Assembly (NCBI GenBank): GCA_963792585.1
Contig: CAWBWI010000003.1
Span: 1 to 64,000, forward strand
Source: Candidatus Eiseniibacteriota bacterium
GTDB lineage: Bacteria > Eisenbacteria > RBG-16-71-46 > CAIMUX01 > VGJL01
Direction: 5' to 3'
DNA: 64,000 nucleotides
Below are positions 1 to 9,254 of the stretch, piece by piece; within the stretch, counting starts at the first letter, position 1; every line of letters starts with the position of its first letter. The position numbers and the translations under genes were made by a program. The notes under the pieces were generated by a model that had not been told where the DNA came from, did not search any database, and saw only the letters and a list, made by a program, of their open reading frames with translations.

Positions 1-417
1 CGAACCGGGTCAGCGATTCTAGATCGGGTACCCGGGATCCGGGACGAGCACCTCATCACCCGGGTCGACCAGGCCGAGGATCGCATACAGCATCACGCCC
101 TTGCCGCCGACGGTCACGAAGACCTGCGACGGGTCCGTGGGGACGCCCTTGCGGGTGGCGACATCCGCGGCGATCGCCTCGCGCAGGGCGGGGATGCCCG
201 GGAACGGCGCGTAATGGGTCGCCCCGTCGTCGAGGGCGCGCTTCGCCGCCTCGCGGACGTGGGCCGGCGTGTCGAAATCGGGTTCGCCGATCTGGAGGTG
301 GATGATCGATCGACCCTGCGCCTCCAAGGCGCGGGCGCGGGCGCTCACCTCGAAGGCGCTCTCAGTGCCGATGGTGCCCATCCGGGCGGCGACATGGAGG
401 CCGGTGGCGGTCGGCAT
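1..417 (-). CDS. PLP-dependent class I/II aminotransferase (aspartate aminotransferase-like), 5' part; runs off window
   Basis: IIHLQIGEPDFDTP, THYAPFPGIPALREAIA and DPGDEVLVPDPGYPI motifs. The apparent stop at 19-21 is probably a 1-nt deletion (PGYPIYESLTRF is restored by adding one C). GGAG lies upstream of ATG 417. Confidence 0.9.
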
Positions 418-565
418 GGCGGGCATCTCCTGGTGGGGTTGCGACGGAGCATCGATGCCGACGATGCATAACGTCAAGCGCGAGATTCTACGGTCGCGAT
501 GTAGATGGGCTTATCTAAAGACCCCGGCCGCGGCGAGTCGCGGAACGGCCCCGACGGCGTCCAGG

Positions 566-1474
566 CTAGAACGCGTCCGCCGCCTGCGCCAGCTCGTCGA
601 CCATCGCGGCCACGGCCGGGTGGCGCCGACGTTCCGGCTTGACGGCCACCATCACGCGACGCTCCAGCGGGGGATCGATGGCGACGATCGACGCCCGGAT
701 GGGTCGATCGCGGAGGGCCAGGCCGGGCAGGACAGCGACGCCGAGTCCGGCCTCGACGAGGGCGATGATCACGCTGTAGTCCTTGCAGTTGCTCCGGACG
801 TGGGGCTCGAAACCACTCTGCCGACAGGCGCGCAGGACGGCTCCGAAGATGGAGCTCGCCTCGGTATCCATGATCCACGGCTCGTCGCGCAACTCGTGCA
901 GCGCCACCGGCGCCTTCCCGCCGCCCGATACCCTCAGGAAGCCGGGCGGCAGCGCCACCTGGATGGGATCACGCACGAGCGGCAGGAGGTCCAGGTCACC
1001 CTCGCCGATCCGCGAAGTCTCGTCGTACTCGTCGACGACCGCGAGGTCCACCTCGTCGAGGGCCAGGGCGGCCAGGCTTTCTCGCGTCTCCAGATCGCGC
1101 AGCGTCACGCGCAGGTCCGGATGCCGTCCGCCCAGGCTGGCGATCGCCCCGGGCAGGATCGCCCGTGCCGCGGTCGGGAAGGCGGCCACCCGAAGCGTCC
1201 CGGAGATCCCTTCGCGGGCGGCCGCCAGCTCCGACTCGGCCGCGGCGAGGGCGGTCGTGATGGCGTCGGCGTGGTGAACCAGCCGTTCGCCTGCCTCGGT
1301 GAGGCGCACCATCCTCCCGTGGCGCTCGATCAGCGCCACGCCGGCCTCGGCCTCCAGGATCTTGAGCTGCTGCGACACGGCGGACGGGGTCACGGACATC
1401 GCCGCGGCCGCAGCCTTGATCGTGCCCCGCCGGGCGACCTCGCGCAGCAGTTGCAGGCGCCAGACCCCGAGCAT
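566..1474 (-). CDS. LysR-family transcriptional regulator
   Basis: N-terminal HTH (TIKAAAAAMSVTPSAVSQQLKILEAEAGVALIER...LTEAG) plus LysR substrate-binding domain. Confidence 0.95.
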   Translation of the reverse strand: MLGVWRLQLLREVARRGTIKAAAAAMSVTPSAVSQQLKILEAEAGVALIERHGRMVRLTEAGERLVHHADAITTALAAAESELAAAREGISGTLRVAAFPTAARAILPGAIASLGGRHPDLRVTLRDLETRESLAALALDEVDLAVVDEYDETSRIGEGDLDLLPLVRDPIQVALPPGFLRVSGGGKAPVALHELRDEPWIMDTEASSIFGAVLRACRQSGFEPHVRSNCKDYSVIIALVEAGLGVAVLPGLALRDRPIRASIVAIDPPLERRVMVAVKPERRRHPAVAAMVDELAQAADAF

Positions 1475-1486
1475 CGGCGCCGCGCC

Positions 1487-2407
1487 CTACGGCAGGAGCG
1501 AGCGGATCGCGAACGTCACGTTGGCCGGCCGCTCGGCGAGCCGCCGCATGTACCACGGGTACCAGTGCTCGCCGTAGGCGATCAGCGTGCAGACCCGATA
1601 GCCCGCCTTGGCGAGGCGGAACTGCTCCCCGGTCCGGATGCCGTACAGCATCTCGATCTCGAAGGCGTCGTGAGCGACGCCGGCCGGCGCCACGGCCTCG
1701 GCGATCTGCTCGATCAGCTCCACGTCGTGGGTCCCCAGACCCAGCCGGATCGGGCGGCCACGACCGTCGAGCAGGAAGCTCACCGCCAGCCCGACGAAGT
1801 TCGAGTCGACGCGGCGCTTGTCGCGGTAGGCGATCGTCGCCTTCTCGTCATACGCGCCCTTGACCAGGCGGATCGCCGGGTCGAGCGGCATGAGCCGGGC
1901 CACGTCGCCGGCGGTGCGCTTGAGGTACGCCTGCAGGCAGATGCCCGTGTTGGGTGCCACCGCACGGAGACGTTCGTAGAGCCGGATGGTCGACTCGACG
2001 TACGCGCTGCTCTCCATGTCGATCCAGAGATACGACCCGGTCGCCGCCGCGTGCTCAGCGATCCGCACCAGGTGGGCGAGGGTCGCGTCCTCGTCGTGGT
2101 CCAGGCCCAGTTGGGTGGGCTTGACGGAGACTTCGCCACGGATGCCGCGGCGCTTGATCTCGTCGAGCAGCTCCACGTAGTGATCGGCGACCTCGTCCGC
2201 CTCCGACAGCGAGGCCAGGTTCTCGCCCAGACGCGTGTACATCGTCGCGATGCCCCCCGCCTGGAGCGGCGCGGCGGCGTCCAGAGCGGACGCCATGGTC
2301 TCGCCCGGCATGAACCGACGGACCGCACGCTGCATGAACGGGAACCGCGGCAGGCGCGCCTTGAGCCACGCGTTGTGCGAGGCCCACAGGAAGACATGAC
2401 GCATCAC
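1487..2407 (-). CDS. Monofunctional proline dehydrogenase
   Basis: RRFMPGET, SVKPTQLGL, IDME, LQAYLKR, IRLVKGAY, THD, EMLYGIR and YMRRLAERPAN motifs. Confidence 0.95.
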   Translation of the reverse strand: MMRHVFLWASHNAWLKARLPRFPFMQRAVRRFMPGETMASALDAAAPLQAGGIATMYTRLGENLASLSEADEVADHYVELLDEIKRRGIRGEVSVKPTQLGLDHDEDATLAHLVRIAEHAAATGSYLWIDMESSAYVESTIRLYERLRAVAPNTGICLQAYLKRTAGDVARLMPLDPAIRLVKGAYDEKATIAYRDKRRVDSNFVGLAVSFLLDGRGRPIRLGLGTHDVELIEQIAEAVAPAGVAHDAFEIEMLYGIRTGEQFRLAKAGYRVCTLIAYGEHWYPWYMRRLAERPANVTFAIRSLLP

Positions 2408-3174
2408 GGCAGACTCCTCACCATGCCACCGTCAACGGACACGATGGCTCCCGTGACGTACGACGCCGCGGGCGACAACAGGAACGCTCCAAGCCGACCG
2501 ACCTCGGCCGGGTCACCATACCGCCCCAGCGGGATGCGCTCGATCCACGCCGCCCGGGCGGCCTCGGGCGTCCCGCCGGTCCGGGCGGCGGTCGCCGCGT
2601 CGAGCTCGGCGATCCGTGCCGTCGAGAGACGGCCGGGCGCGAGGCCGTTGATCCGGATCGGCACGATCTCGGCGACCAGCGACTTGATGAGGCCGGCCAG
2701 CCCCGGACGGATGACATTGGACGCGGTCAATCCCGGGATCGGCTCCCGGGCCGACGACGAGAGGATGATCAGGATCGCCGCTCGATCGCTCTCGCGCAGG
2801 AACGGCAACGCGGCCCGGATGAGTCGCAGGGCGCTGTGCAGCGTCCCGTCGATGGCGCGGACCCAGGCCGCCTCGTCCAGATCCTCGAACCGGCCCGGTG
2901 GCGGCCCCCCGGAATTGACCAGCAGGAGGTCCAGACCGCCCAGTGCCGCGACGGTCGCCGCGACCGCCGAGGCGGGTCCCTCCGGCGTTGCGAGGTCCGC
3001 GGCTGCCGCGACCGCACCCGGGATGCGCGCCACCGCGTCATCGAGGCGATCCGACGGGCGCGCGACCAGGGCCACACGCGCGCCATCGGCGGCCAGCGCC
3101 GCCCCGATGGCCCCGCCGAGTCCGCCCGAGCCCCCACCGACCAGCGCGCGGGCGCCCTCGAGCCCCAGGTCCAT
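2404..3174 (-). CDS. Short-chain dehydrogenase/reductase (FabG-like)
   Basis: GGGSGGLG Rossmann motif, NSGGPPPGRF, IPLGRYGDPAE, VDGG. Confidence 0.9.
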   Translation of the reverse strand: MDLGLEGARALVGGGSGGLGGAIGAALAADGARVALVARPSDRLDDAVARIPGAVAAAADLATPEGPASAVAATVAALGGLDLLLVNSGGPPPGRFEDLDEAAWVRAIDGTLHSALRLIRAALPFLRESDRAAILIILSSSAREPIPGLTASNVIRPGLAGLIKSLVAEIVPIRINGLAPGRLSTARIAELDAATAARTGGTPEAARAAWIERIPLGRYGDPAEVGRLGAFLLSPAASYVTGAIVSVDGGMVRSLP

Positions 3175-3304
3175 GTGCTCCTCCGGATCCGTCGTGGATC
3201 CCATCATCGGGCGGCCCGTCACCGTCGCGGATCCGCCTCGATGGTACGCGTCCGTTCATGGCCGCGAGGCCCGTCTTCGCAGGTGCGGCTAGAATCCGCG
3301 GACG

Positions 3305-3715
3305 ATGACCAGGTTCTTCGACGTGGACGCCGCCAACGACGCCTTGGGCGAGATCTCGCCACTCCTTGCCGTGCTGGCCGACCAGCGGGCGGAGCTCATC
3401 CGCCTGCGAGACCGCGCGCTGGCGACCCCGTCGTCGCCCGGTGGCAGCGCGGTCGAGGACCTCGATCCCGCCGAGGTGCGCGTGCTCCGCCTCCGGATGC
3501 AGGGCGTCATCGACCAGATGACGGCTGCGGTCGCGCGGATCGACAGCCTGGGGATCACCCTCCGCGACATCGAGCGGGGGCTCATCGACTTCCCGGCGCT
3601 CGCCGGCGGTCGCCAGGTCTGGCTGTGCTGGCAGCTGGGTGACGGTGAGATCGCGTTCTGGCACGAGCTGGAGTCCGGCTTCGGCGGACGGCGACCTCTC
3701 ATCGAGCTCACATGA
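3305..3715 (+). CDS. DUF2203-family protein
   Basis: RFFDVDAAN...LRDIERGLIDFPA...VWLCWQLGDGEIAFWHELESGFGGRRP pattern. Confidence 0.85.
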   Translation: MTRFFDVDAANDALGEISPLLAVLADQRAELIRLRDRALATPSSPGGSAVEDLDPAEVRVLRLRMQGVIDQMTAAVARIDSLGITLRDIERGLIDFPALAGGRQVWLCWQLGDGEIAFWHELESGFGGRRPLIELT

Positions 3716-4179
3716 CCGCCGACAAGGCCCCGGCCCCGACTCCGGCCCCGGTCGCCCAGCGGGACCGGCGCGTCGTCCAGGCGGACGGTCGGGCCAAGGC
3801 ATACCGACCGCTCCCGCGGGCCGCCCGGGAGGTGGCCCTTGCCTCCGGGCTGGAGGCGTACGCGACCGGCGACTACTTCCTGGCCCACGAGCTGTTGGAG
3901 CCCGCCTGGATGGGGACCGCCGACCCGGGCGAGCGGGCATTCCTCCAGGGCCTCATCAAGCTGGCAGTCGCCGACGTGCATGGCGTCCGCGGTAACCCGG
4001 CAGGCGTCGCGCGCAACCTGGAGGGCGCCGTGGGCCGTCTCCGCCTCGCCGAGGATGCCGGCTTCAACGCACCGCCCGGGCTGGACCTGGCAGAGCTGAT
4101 CCGCGACCTGACGGTCCGCCTGGATCGGGCGCGACTCGGCGAGCGTACGGAGCCCACCACCCTGGGCGGGAGCCGCTGA
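3712..4179 (+). CDS. DUF309-domain protein
   Basis: GDYFLAHELLEPAW...FLQGLIKLAVA pattern; ATGA overlap with upstream gene. Confidence 0.8.
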   Translation: MTADKAPAPTPAPVAQRDRRVVQADGRAKAYRPLPRAAREVALASGLEAYATGDYFLAHELLEPAWMGTADPGERAFLQGLIKLAVADVHGVRGNPAGVARNLEGAVGRLRLAEDAGFNAPPGLDLAELIRDLTVRLDRARLGERTEPTTLGGSR

Positions 4180-4547
4180 TGCTCCGAGGACCCGACCTGC
4201 CCACGGTCGATCCGATCGAGGCCGGATCGCCGACTCCGGAGGATCCGGCGCGGCCATTGCTGGTGGACGTCCGGGAGGTGAACGAGTTCATCGCGTTGCG
4301 AGCGTCGGGGGCGGCGCTCCTGCCCACCTCGAGCTTCCTGGCCCGCATCGACGAGCTGCCGACCGACCGACCGCTCCTGGTGATCTGCGCCTCCGGCAGC
4401 CGCTCGGCCGCCGTGACCGGCTACCTCATCCGGGAAGGACGCGCGGACGTGGCCAACGTCGCGGGCGGCATGGAGCTCTCGGTCCGGGCCGGGCTACCGG
4501 TCCGTCGCGGTCCGGTCGAGCCGGGCGAGGGGTCGATCCCGGGCTGA
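4179..4547 (+). CDS. Single-domain rhodanese (sulfurtransferase)
   Basis: LLVDVREVNEF, active-site loop CASGSRS, NVAGGM. Confidence 0.9.
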   Translation: MLRGPDLPTVDPIEAGSPTPEDPARPLLVDVREVNEFIALRASGAALLPTSSFLARIDELPTDRPLLVICASGSRSAAVTGYLIREGRADVANVAGGMELSVRAGLPVRRGPVEPGEGSIPG

Positions 4548-4566
4548 GCCGTCACTGACGACGCCG

Positions 4567-4588
4567 CGTCGCGTCGCCGCGACGCGGG
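4567..4588. terminator. Hairpin between convergent genes
   Basis: CGCGTCGCG-TCGC-CGCGACGCG inverted repeat between the rhodanese and Kelch gene 3' ends; no U-tract. Confidence 0.4.
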
Positions 4589-4596
4589 TCGCCTTC

Positions 4597-6045
4597 TCAG
4601 CGACGCAGGACTCGCCGGATCATCCCGCGGGCCTGCTCCTTGTGGGCGAAGCCCCAGCCGATCACCAGCAGGATGATGAAGTTGACGGTACCGGCTCCGG
4701 CCGCGTTCAGGTAGCCGAGCTGCTGCCCGATCTCGCCTTCGATCTTGAGGCCGGGGATCGTCATCCCCGCGAGGCCGACCTGGAAGAACGGGCTGAGCGG
4801 GGCGACATTGGCTCGAGCGCTGCTCGACGTGGGACCCTCGACGGTCTCGCCACCGATGACGATCGCATTGGGGCCGGACAGGACCGCGGCACCGCCGGTC
4901 AGGCCGAACGGCAGGTCGCTGACGGGCAGGTTCTTCCAGGCGGGCAGATCGCCCTCCGTCGTCGGGATCGTCCAGTAGAGCTCGCCCCGCGGTCCCTCCG
5001 CGTCCTCGCCACCAACGAGGTACAAGGTGCCGTTGGCGGACCAGCTCGCCGCGTTGTCGCGAGCGGCCGGCAGGTTCGCGGTGTCACTGACGGCCCACTG
5101 GACCACCTTGCCCTCGTTCGGATCCTCTGGCAGGCCCTCGGCCGCCGCGACGCCGATGGTGCCGCGCTGGACCGCCCCGACCGGTCCGTTGGCATCGTGG
5201 CCGCCCCACAGCCAGACGTAGTCGCCGATGATCCATGCGGTGCCGTCTGCCTGCGGCCGGATGAGGCTCGCCTCGACCTCCCAGGGCTCGAACGACCCGT
5301 CGTCGGCGAGCGGGCTCTTCCAAACGGTCGATACCGGGCCTTCCGGACCCTCGCCGCCGATGAGCAGGATGCCGGTCGGGGCCGCGACGACCGCGGCGCC
5401 GGCGCGACCCTCCTTGAGCAGGAGGTCCTCGTCATCGACGATCTCCCAGTCGGGCAATGCACCGGTCGCGGCGTCCGGAGTCAGGGAATAGATGGTCCGC
5501 GTGGGTTCGCCGTCCGCGCCGTACCCGCCGATGACGAGGATGCTGCCGGACACGAGCAGAACGCTCGCGTCCGTGCGCGGCTCGGGCAGCGACGGACCCG
5601 TCTCCCACGCGCCGAAGTTGCCCGTGCCGGACAGCTCGGCGACGTAGACGGTGGACTGCGCCGTCTCGCCGTCCGAACCCCCGATGTACAGGAACTTCGT
5701 GCCGATCTGGATCGCACTACCGTCCGTCCGCGGCTGCGGCAGGGCGAGCTCCGCCGGGGACGGATGCCACGGCGCGACGGCGCCCACCGGCGCTGGGCAG
5801 GGCAGGGTCTCGTTCTCGGGCGAGCAGAAGTTGATCGGGGACCAGACGAGGACCCCGAGCTCCACCGTCCGGCCGACGGTCAGGTAGTACGCCCGGTCGG
5901 GGATGTACCCGAGCATCATGATCAGGACGATCAGCCAGAACGTGGCCTTGACGCCGGCCCAGGCCCAGCCATCGGCGTCGAGCGCGCCGAAGAAGACCCG
6001 CTTGCGCGGGACCGTGCTGCCAGCGCCGAGCGCTTGCTGCGCCAT
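4597..6045 (-). CDS. Membrane-anchored Kelch-repeat beta-propeller protein
   Basis: Six GG/W Kelch-like repeats (LYIGG, LVIGG, LLIGG, WLWGG, YLVGG, IVIGG); hydrophobic helices near both termini; GGGAGG RBS before ATG 6045. Confidence 0.8.
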   Translation of the reverse strand: MAQQALGAGSTVPRKRVFFGALDADGWAWAGVKATFWLIVLIMMLGYIPDRAYYLTVGRTVELGVLVWSPINFCSPENETLPCPAPVGAVAPWHPSPAELALPQPRTDGSAIQIGTKFLYIGGSDGETAQSTVYVAELSGTGNFGAWETGPSLPEPRTDASVLLVSGSILVIGGYGADGEPTRTIYSLTPDAATGALPDWEIVDDEDLLLKEGRAGAAVVAAPTGILLIGGEGPEGPVSTVWKSPLADDGSFEPWEVEASLIRPQADGTAWIIGDYVWLWGGHDANGPVGAVQRGTIGVAAAEGLPEDPNEGKVVQWAVSDTANLPAARDNAASWSANGTLYLVGGEDAEGPRGELYWTIPTTEGDLPAWKNLPVSDLPFGLTGGAAVLSGPNAIVIGGETVEGPTSSSARANVAPLSPFFQVGLAGMTIPGLKIEGEIGQQLGYLNAAGAGTVNFIILLVIGWGFAHKEQARGMIRRVLRR

Positions 6046-6080
6046 CGTCCTCCCATCCTCACCGACCACGAGGTCGGATC

Positions 6081-7178
6081 CTATTCCGCGGTGATCGTGC
6101 CCGTCATGTTTGGATGCACGGAGCAGATGAACGGGTACGTCCCCGCTGCCAGCGCCGCGACGTTGTAGGTGGCCTCAGCTTCGCCGGTGATGATGTCCCC
6201 ACGCATCAGCGAGGTGGCCGTCTGGTCCTTGACCTCCACGTTGTGGGGGACTCCGACCTCCTTGTTGACGAAGTGGATCTGGAACGCCACGTCGGCCGGC
6301 ACGGTGTACTCCGACTCATCGAAACCGGCGCTGGTCGTCGCCGAGATCTCGAGGACGGTGGCAGCCGGGGCGACCGAGGGACCGGCGGACGCGCCGGCCG
6401 ATGCTCCCGGCGAGGCGGAGGCGCCGGCGCCTGGAAGCGCCTTGGTCCAGCACGCCGGGTACGGGGTCGCACCCGGGGCCGGCGCGTAGTTCGGGTCGCG
6501 CCAGCCGGTGAACGTCTCGACCTCCCCGGTCAGTGGGTCCGTCTTGGGCTCGAACAGATGCTCGTCCCGGATGATGAAGGTCTCATCGTCGGTGGCCATC
6601 AGAAACGCGACGAGGTCATCGATCGCCTTGTAGTTGAGCGGGCCTGGCGGGGTCGCCGTGTCGGCCCACACCGGCATCTGGGAGTTCGCCGTACCGCAGG
6701 CATACCGGCCGCCGGCGACCAGGATGGTCCGCAGGTAGTTCTCGTTGAGATGCTGGAAGAGCTTCTCCTGGCTGTTCAGGATCGGGCCGATGCCGCCCTC
6801 GCCGTCCACGCCGTGGCAGCGCGCGCAGTTCGCCTGGTAGATGTTGTACCCACGCTCGACCGAGATGACCTGCTGCGCCGCCACCTCGGCGTCCAGTCGC
6901 GGCTCTGTCAGCCCGAGTGGCGTGCCGAGCTCGTAGAACCAGTAGATCGCCACGAACAGGATGACCACGACGACCGCGAGGAACCCCACCCAGCGGGCGT
7001 TCGACGACTGGCGCACGACCTGCGCGGCCCGCTCGGGCGTGAGCTCGAACGTCCGGGTCGCCGGCGCCGACGTGAACCGCTCCACCGGCGCGGCCTCGAC
7101 CGGCGGCCGGGGAACGGGCAGGCGCTGTTCCGGCTCGGGCTCGTGCCCCGTGGGCTCGCGTCCGGGCGTGTCGGTCAT
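6081..7178 (-). CDS. Membrane-anchored cytochrome c fused to a C-terminal cupredoxin (blue copper) domain
   Basis: TM helix, CARCH heme motif with downstream Met (SQMPVW), PHNV...CSVHPNM type-1 Cu ligands. Confidence 0.85.
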   Translation of the reverse strand: MTDTPGREPTGHEPEPEQRLPVPRPPVEAAPVERFTSAPATRTFELTPERAAQVVRQSSNARWVGFLAVVVVILFVAIYWFYELGTPLGLTEPRLDAEVAAQQVISVERGYNIYQANCARCHGVDGEGGIGPILNSQEKLFQHLNENYLRTILVAGGRYACGTANSQMPVWADTATPPGPLNYKAIDDLVAFLMATDDETFIIRDEHLFEPKTDPLTGEVETFTGWRDPNYAPAPGATPYPACWTKALPGAGASASPGASAGASAGPSVAPAATVLEISATTSAGFDESEYTVPADVAFQIHFVNKEVGVPHNVEVKDQTATSLMRGDIITGEAEATYNVAALAAGTYPFICSVHPNMTGTITAE

Positions 7179-7214
7179 CGGTCTCCTCGGTCGTGGATCT
7201 GGGTCATCGGGGCG

Positions 7215-7889
7215 TCAGATGCAACCGGTGGGGGTGCGTGGCGGGATCAGGCCGGGCTGGCCCAGGGCGACCGGCAGGGGCCCCAGGGTGATCTTGCCCG
7301 TGTTGATGGTCAGAGCGCCCTCGCCGTCCACCGTGACACTGAAGCGGTCCATGCCGCGCGGGGCCGGTCCATACGCGGCTCCGTCGGCCTTGACGCCCAG
7401 GCGGTCGTACCGGGATCCGTGGCACGGGCACTCGAGCCAGAAGTTGCGCTCGCACGGGTTCGGCTTGCAGCCGAGATGCGGACAGCGCTGGTACAGCGCC
7501 CGGACGTTGAGGGCGGTGCCGTCCCCGGTGGTGTCCTCGCCCGCGATGAAGCGCTGCTGCGCCGGGTCGATCAGGATCACGAACGCGCGAGCCTCGGCGT
7601 AGTACGCCGGAAAGCCCTCGTCGACCGGGATGACCGTGTTCTGCGCCTTCACGTCGTCGAAGGTCCCGATGCGGAACGGCGCACCGAACCCGCCGGCCAG
7701 GTTCGGCCAGATGAACCCGATCGTCCCCGCCCCCACCTCCAGCAGCCACAGGCCGATGCCGGTGCCCAGCGCGACCCGCATGAGCTGACGGCGCGACATG
7801 CCCTCGACCTGTTCCTTGCGGAGGGACTTGATCGCCTCCTTGGTCAGGGCCTGGGGCTTGGCGGCGGGCTCGACGTGGTAGTTGCTCAT
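7215..7889 (-). CDS. qcrA: Rieske 2Fe-2S subunit of a quinol:cytochrome c oxidoreductase
   Basis: Tat-like SRRQLM plus TM helix; CPHLGC and CPCHGSRY boxes; GPAPRGM. Confidence 0.92.
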   Translation of the reverse strand: MSNYHVEPAAKPQALTKEAIKSLRKEQVEGMSRRQLMRVALGTGIGLWLLEVGAGTIGFIWPNLAGGFGAPFRIGTFDDVKAQNTVIPVDEGFPAYYAEARAFVILIDPAQQRFIAGEDTTGDGTALNVRALYQRCPHLGCKPNPCERNFWLECPCHGSRYDRLGVKADGAAYGPAPRGMDRFSVTVDGEGALTINTGKITLGPLPVALGQPGLIPPRTPTGCI

Positions 7890-7919
7890 GCGCGGTCTGT
7901 CGTCCTTATCCGAGGCGGG

Positions 7920-8522
7920 TCACAGGGCGAAGTAGACGCCGGGGGCCGTGACGTACGGGATGACGAAGGTGTAGCCGGGGCCACGGAAGAAGATACCGAC
8001 GAAGGTCAACGCCAGGCCCAGGATGCACAGCATCGTGAACAGGATCACGGCCGTCTTGCGCTGCGATGGCCGGAAGGCGAGGACGTCCCCCCGATCGACG
8101 AACGGGATCAGGGCCGCCCCGACCAGCACGAAGGTCGGCACGAGGACGCCCGCCACGGTCGGGTGGAAGTAGGCCAGCAGTTCCTGCAGGCCCAGGAAGT
8201 ACCACGGTGCCTTGGCGACGGCCGGGGTCACGTTCCCGTTTGCCAGCTCCTCGAGGGGAGCGTTGATGAACAGGCCCATCATCAGCAGGAAGATGCTCAT
8301 CATGCCGGCCGCCAGGAACTCGATCGACAGCAGGTGCGGCCAGGTCATGACCGTGTCGTCGGGCTCCTTCTGGACCCGGACGACGGCGTCCTGCTTGACG
8401 AGCGCGAGCAGCCGGTAGGGCCGCGCCGACATCGGCACGCGTTGCTTGTCGATCTCCGTCCGGCGGGTCGGGTCGACCGGCAGGACTTCGCGCCGCTCGG
8501 TGGGGTTCTTGGTGTCCGTCAT
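7920..8522 (-). CDS. Cytochrome b6f subunit IV-like (C-terminal part of a split cytochrome b)
   Basis: TWPHLL, NAPLEELAN...TP...KAPWYFLGLQELL (PEWY equivalent), LIPFVDR. Confidence 0.88.
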   Translation of the reverse strand: MTDTKNPTERREVLPVDPTRRTEIDKQRVPMSARPYRLLALVKQDAVVRVQKEPDDTVMTWPHLLSIEFLAAGMMSIFLLMMGLFINAPLEELANGNVTPAVAKAPWYFLGLQELLAYFHPTVAGVLVPTFVLVGAALIPFVDRGDVLAFRPSQRKTAVILFTMLCILGLALTFVGIFFRGPGYTFVIPYVTAPGVYFAL

Positions 8523-8525
8523 GGC

Positions 8526-9254
8526 TCAGAGCGGTCCACTGATGCCACCATCCTTCCGGATCCTCCAGAAATGGACGGCCAGGAAGATCGCGGCGACGAG
8601 TGGCAAGACCATGATGTGGAGCACGTAGAAGCGGAGCAGCGTGTTCTGGCCGACCTCGACGCCGCCCAGCAGGATGCGCGAGACCGGGGTGTTGAACAGC
8701 GGCGCGTAGCCGCCCATGTTCGTTCCGATCGTGATGGCCCAGTAGGCGATCTGGTCCCACGGCAGCAGGTAGCCGGTGAAGCTCAGCATGATGGTCAGGA
8801 AGAGCAGGACGACCCCGACCACCCAGTTGAACTCGCGCGGTGGCTTGTAGGCCCCGTGGTAGAAGACCCGCATCATGTGCAGGAACACGAAGAACACCAT
8901 CAGGTGGGCGCCCCACCGGTGGATGTTGCGGGTCAGCAGGCCGAACGTGACCTGGGCCTGGATCTCGAGGATGTTGCTGTACGCCTGGGTGGCGCTCGGC
9001 ACGTAGAAGAACATCAGGTACACGCCGGTCACGGTCAGGACCAGGAACAGGAAGAACGACAACCCGCCCAGGCAGAACGTGTAGGCGAACTTGACCGCGT
9101 GCTGGCGGACGCGCACCGGGTGGATGTGCAGGAAGACGTTGTTCATCACCGCGTACGCGCGCGAGCGCTCGTCGCGCGGGTACGGCTGGCGGAAGATCGA
9201 TCGCCAGACGGGGCTTCGGCGGATGGTCTGATCCACCCGCTCGAGGAAACTCAC
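8526..9254 (-). CDS. qcrB: Cytochrome b6-like (N-terminal part of a split cytochrome b)
   Basis: YTFCLGG (heme ci Cys position), IHRWGAHLM, LHMMRVFYHGAYKPPREFNW, TGYLLPWDQ, RFYVLH, HFWRIRKDGGISGPL. Confidence 0.95.
   Translation of the reverse strand: MSFLERVDQTIRRSPVWRSIFRQPYPRDERSRAYAVMNNVFLHIHPVRVRQHAVKFAYTFCLGGLSFFLFLVLTVTGVYLMFFYVPSATQAYSNILEIQAQVTFGLLTRNIHRWGAHLMVFFVFLHMMRVFYHGAYKPPREFNWVVGVVLLFLTIMLSFTGYLLPWDQIAYWAITIGTNMGGYAPLFNTPVSRILLGGVEVGQNTLLRFYVLHIMVLPLVAAIFLAVHFWRIRKDGGISGPL

Noticed and set aside
269..3292. 1007-aa plus-strand ORF
   Set aside because: Antisense shadow of LysR, proline dehydrogenase and SDR; Arg/Gly-rich with no motifs; typical of high-GC DNA
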